Virus record (IMG/VR): IMGVR_UViG_3300014155_000011
Span: 1-26,333 of that record
Direction: 5' to 3' (one strand)
Source: a virus
Lineage: Duplodnaviria; Caudoviricetes
DNA: 26,333 bases
Positions 26,122 through 26,333 of the stretch are shown in pieces. The notes under the pieces are model-generated. The model was not told the DNA's origin, made no database searches, and saw nothing but the letters and a program-made list of their open reading frames with translations. Every line of letters starts with the position of its first letter. The stretch's first letter is position 1. The position numbers were made by a program, and so were the translations under genes.

Positions 26122-26333
26122 AACTACGATGGTTCATTCTCGCTTTGCTTTTGCTTCCGTTGCGTGCTTCGGCGCAAGGCACTTACACGGCTAATTCCTG
26201 CAACTATTCGGACGTGAACGCGGTCATCAACGGCCCGACGCACAAGGCGGTCAACGGAGACACCATCAACATCCCTGCAGGTAATTGTACGTGGACTTCT
26301 GGCATCACCGTGCCGACAGGAATCGGAATCTCC
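26118..26333 (+). CDS. Secreted-type right-handed beta-helix (pectin-lyase fold) protein, 3'-truncated
   Basis: Not in the ORF track because it runs off the window. ATGA overlap; translates MKLRWFILALLLLPLRASA-QGTYTANSCNYSDVNAVINGPTHKAVNGDTINIPAGNCTWTSGITVP. SC...DV...I...A..GDTI.IPAG.CTW is a typical beta-helix N-cap. Confidence 0.8.
   Translation, partial: MKLRWFILALLLLPLRASAQGTYTANSCNYSDVNAVINGPTHKAVNGDTINIPAGNCTWTSGITVPTGIGIS

Larger units (their letters stand above)
1..26333 (+). mobile_element. Phage or prophage virion morphogenesis module, podovirus-type (epsilon15/BPP-1-like head, T7-like tail and ejection gene order)
   Basis: Tightly packed co-oriented ORFs with many ATGA/TGATG overlaps. 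Recognisable scaffold-MCP-cement-tail tube A-tail tube B-GNAT-three internal proteins-tail fibre synteny. Both ends of the element lie outside the window. Confidence 0.95.

Noticed and set aside
1-26333. Diversity-generating retroelement (suggested by the BPP-1-like capsid), tRNA/rRNA genes, CRISPR arrays, alternative genetic code
   Set aside because: None seen. Intergenic gaps are too short for RNA genes, and long ORFs read cleanly in the standard code with TAA, TGA and TAG all used as stops.

Overview
The window is one continuous structural and morphogenesis module of a short-tailed (podovirus-type) dsDNA phage or prophage, almost entirely on the + strand. Gene order: 5'-truncated NUMOD3/HNH endonuclease, capsid scaffold, epsilon15 gp7/BPP-1 Bbp17-type major capsid protein, probable cement protein, three small beta-rich or unknown proteins, a C2HC zinc-finger protein, T7 gp11/gp12-like tail tubular proteins A and B, a GNAT-fold protein, three internal virion/ejection proteins, an HExxE putative metalloprotein coupled to a PurD-like ATP-grasp enzyme, an antisense HNH endonuclease, then three large receptor-binding/fibre genes, the last cut by the window end. 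The most unusual signal is that all three fibre/spike genes begin with what look like cleavable Sec signal peptides, and the two complete ones are rich in closely paired cysteines. The first still carries a T7-gp17-like tail-anchoring domain directly after its signal peptide. This suggests tail appendages that are exported and oxidatively folded outside the cytoplasm, or repurposed as host surface proteins. Other points of interest are a hairpin at the head/tail junction that buries the RBS and TTG start of the first tail gene, and the ATP-grasp/HExxE pair. All family calls come from motif recognition by eye and synteny; no searches were run. Portal, terminase, lysis, replication and integration genes are not in the window.
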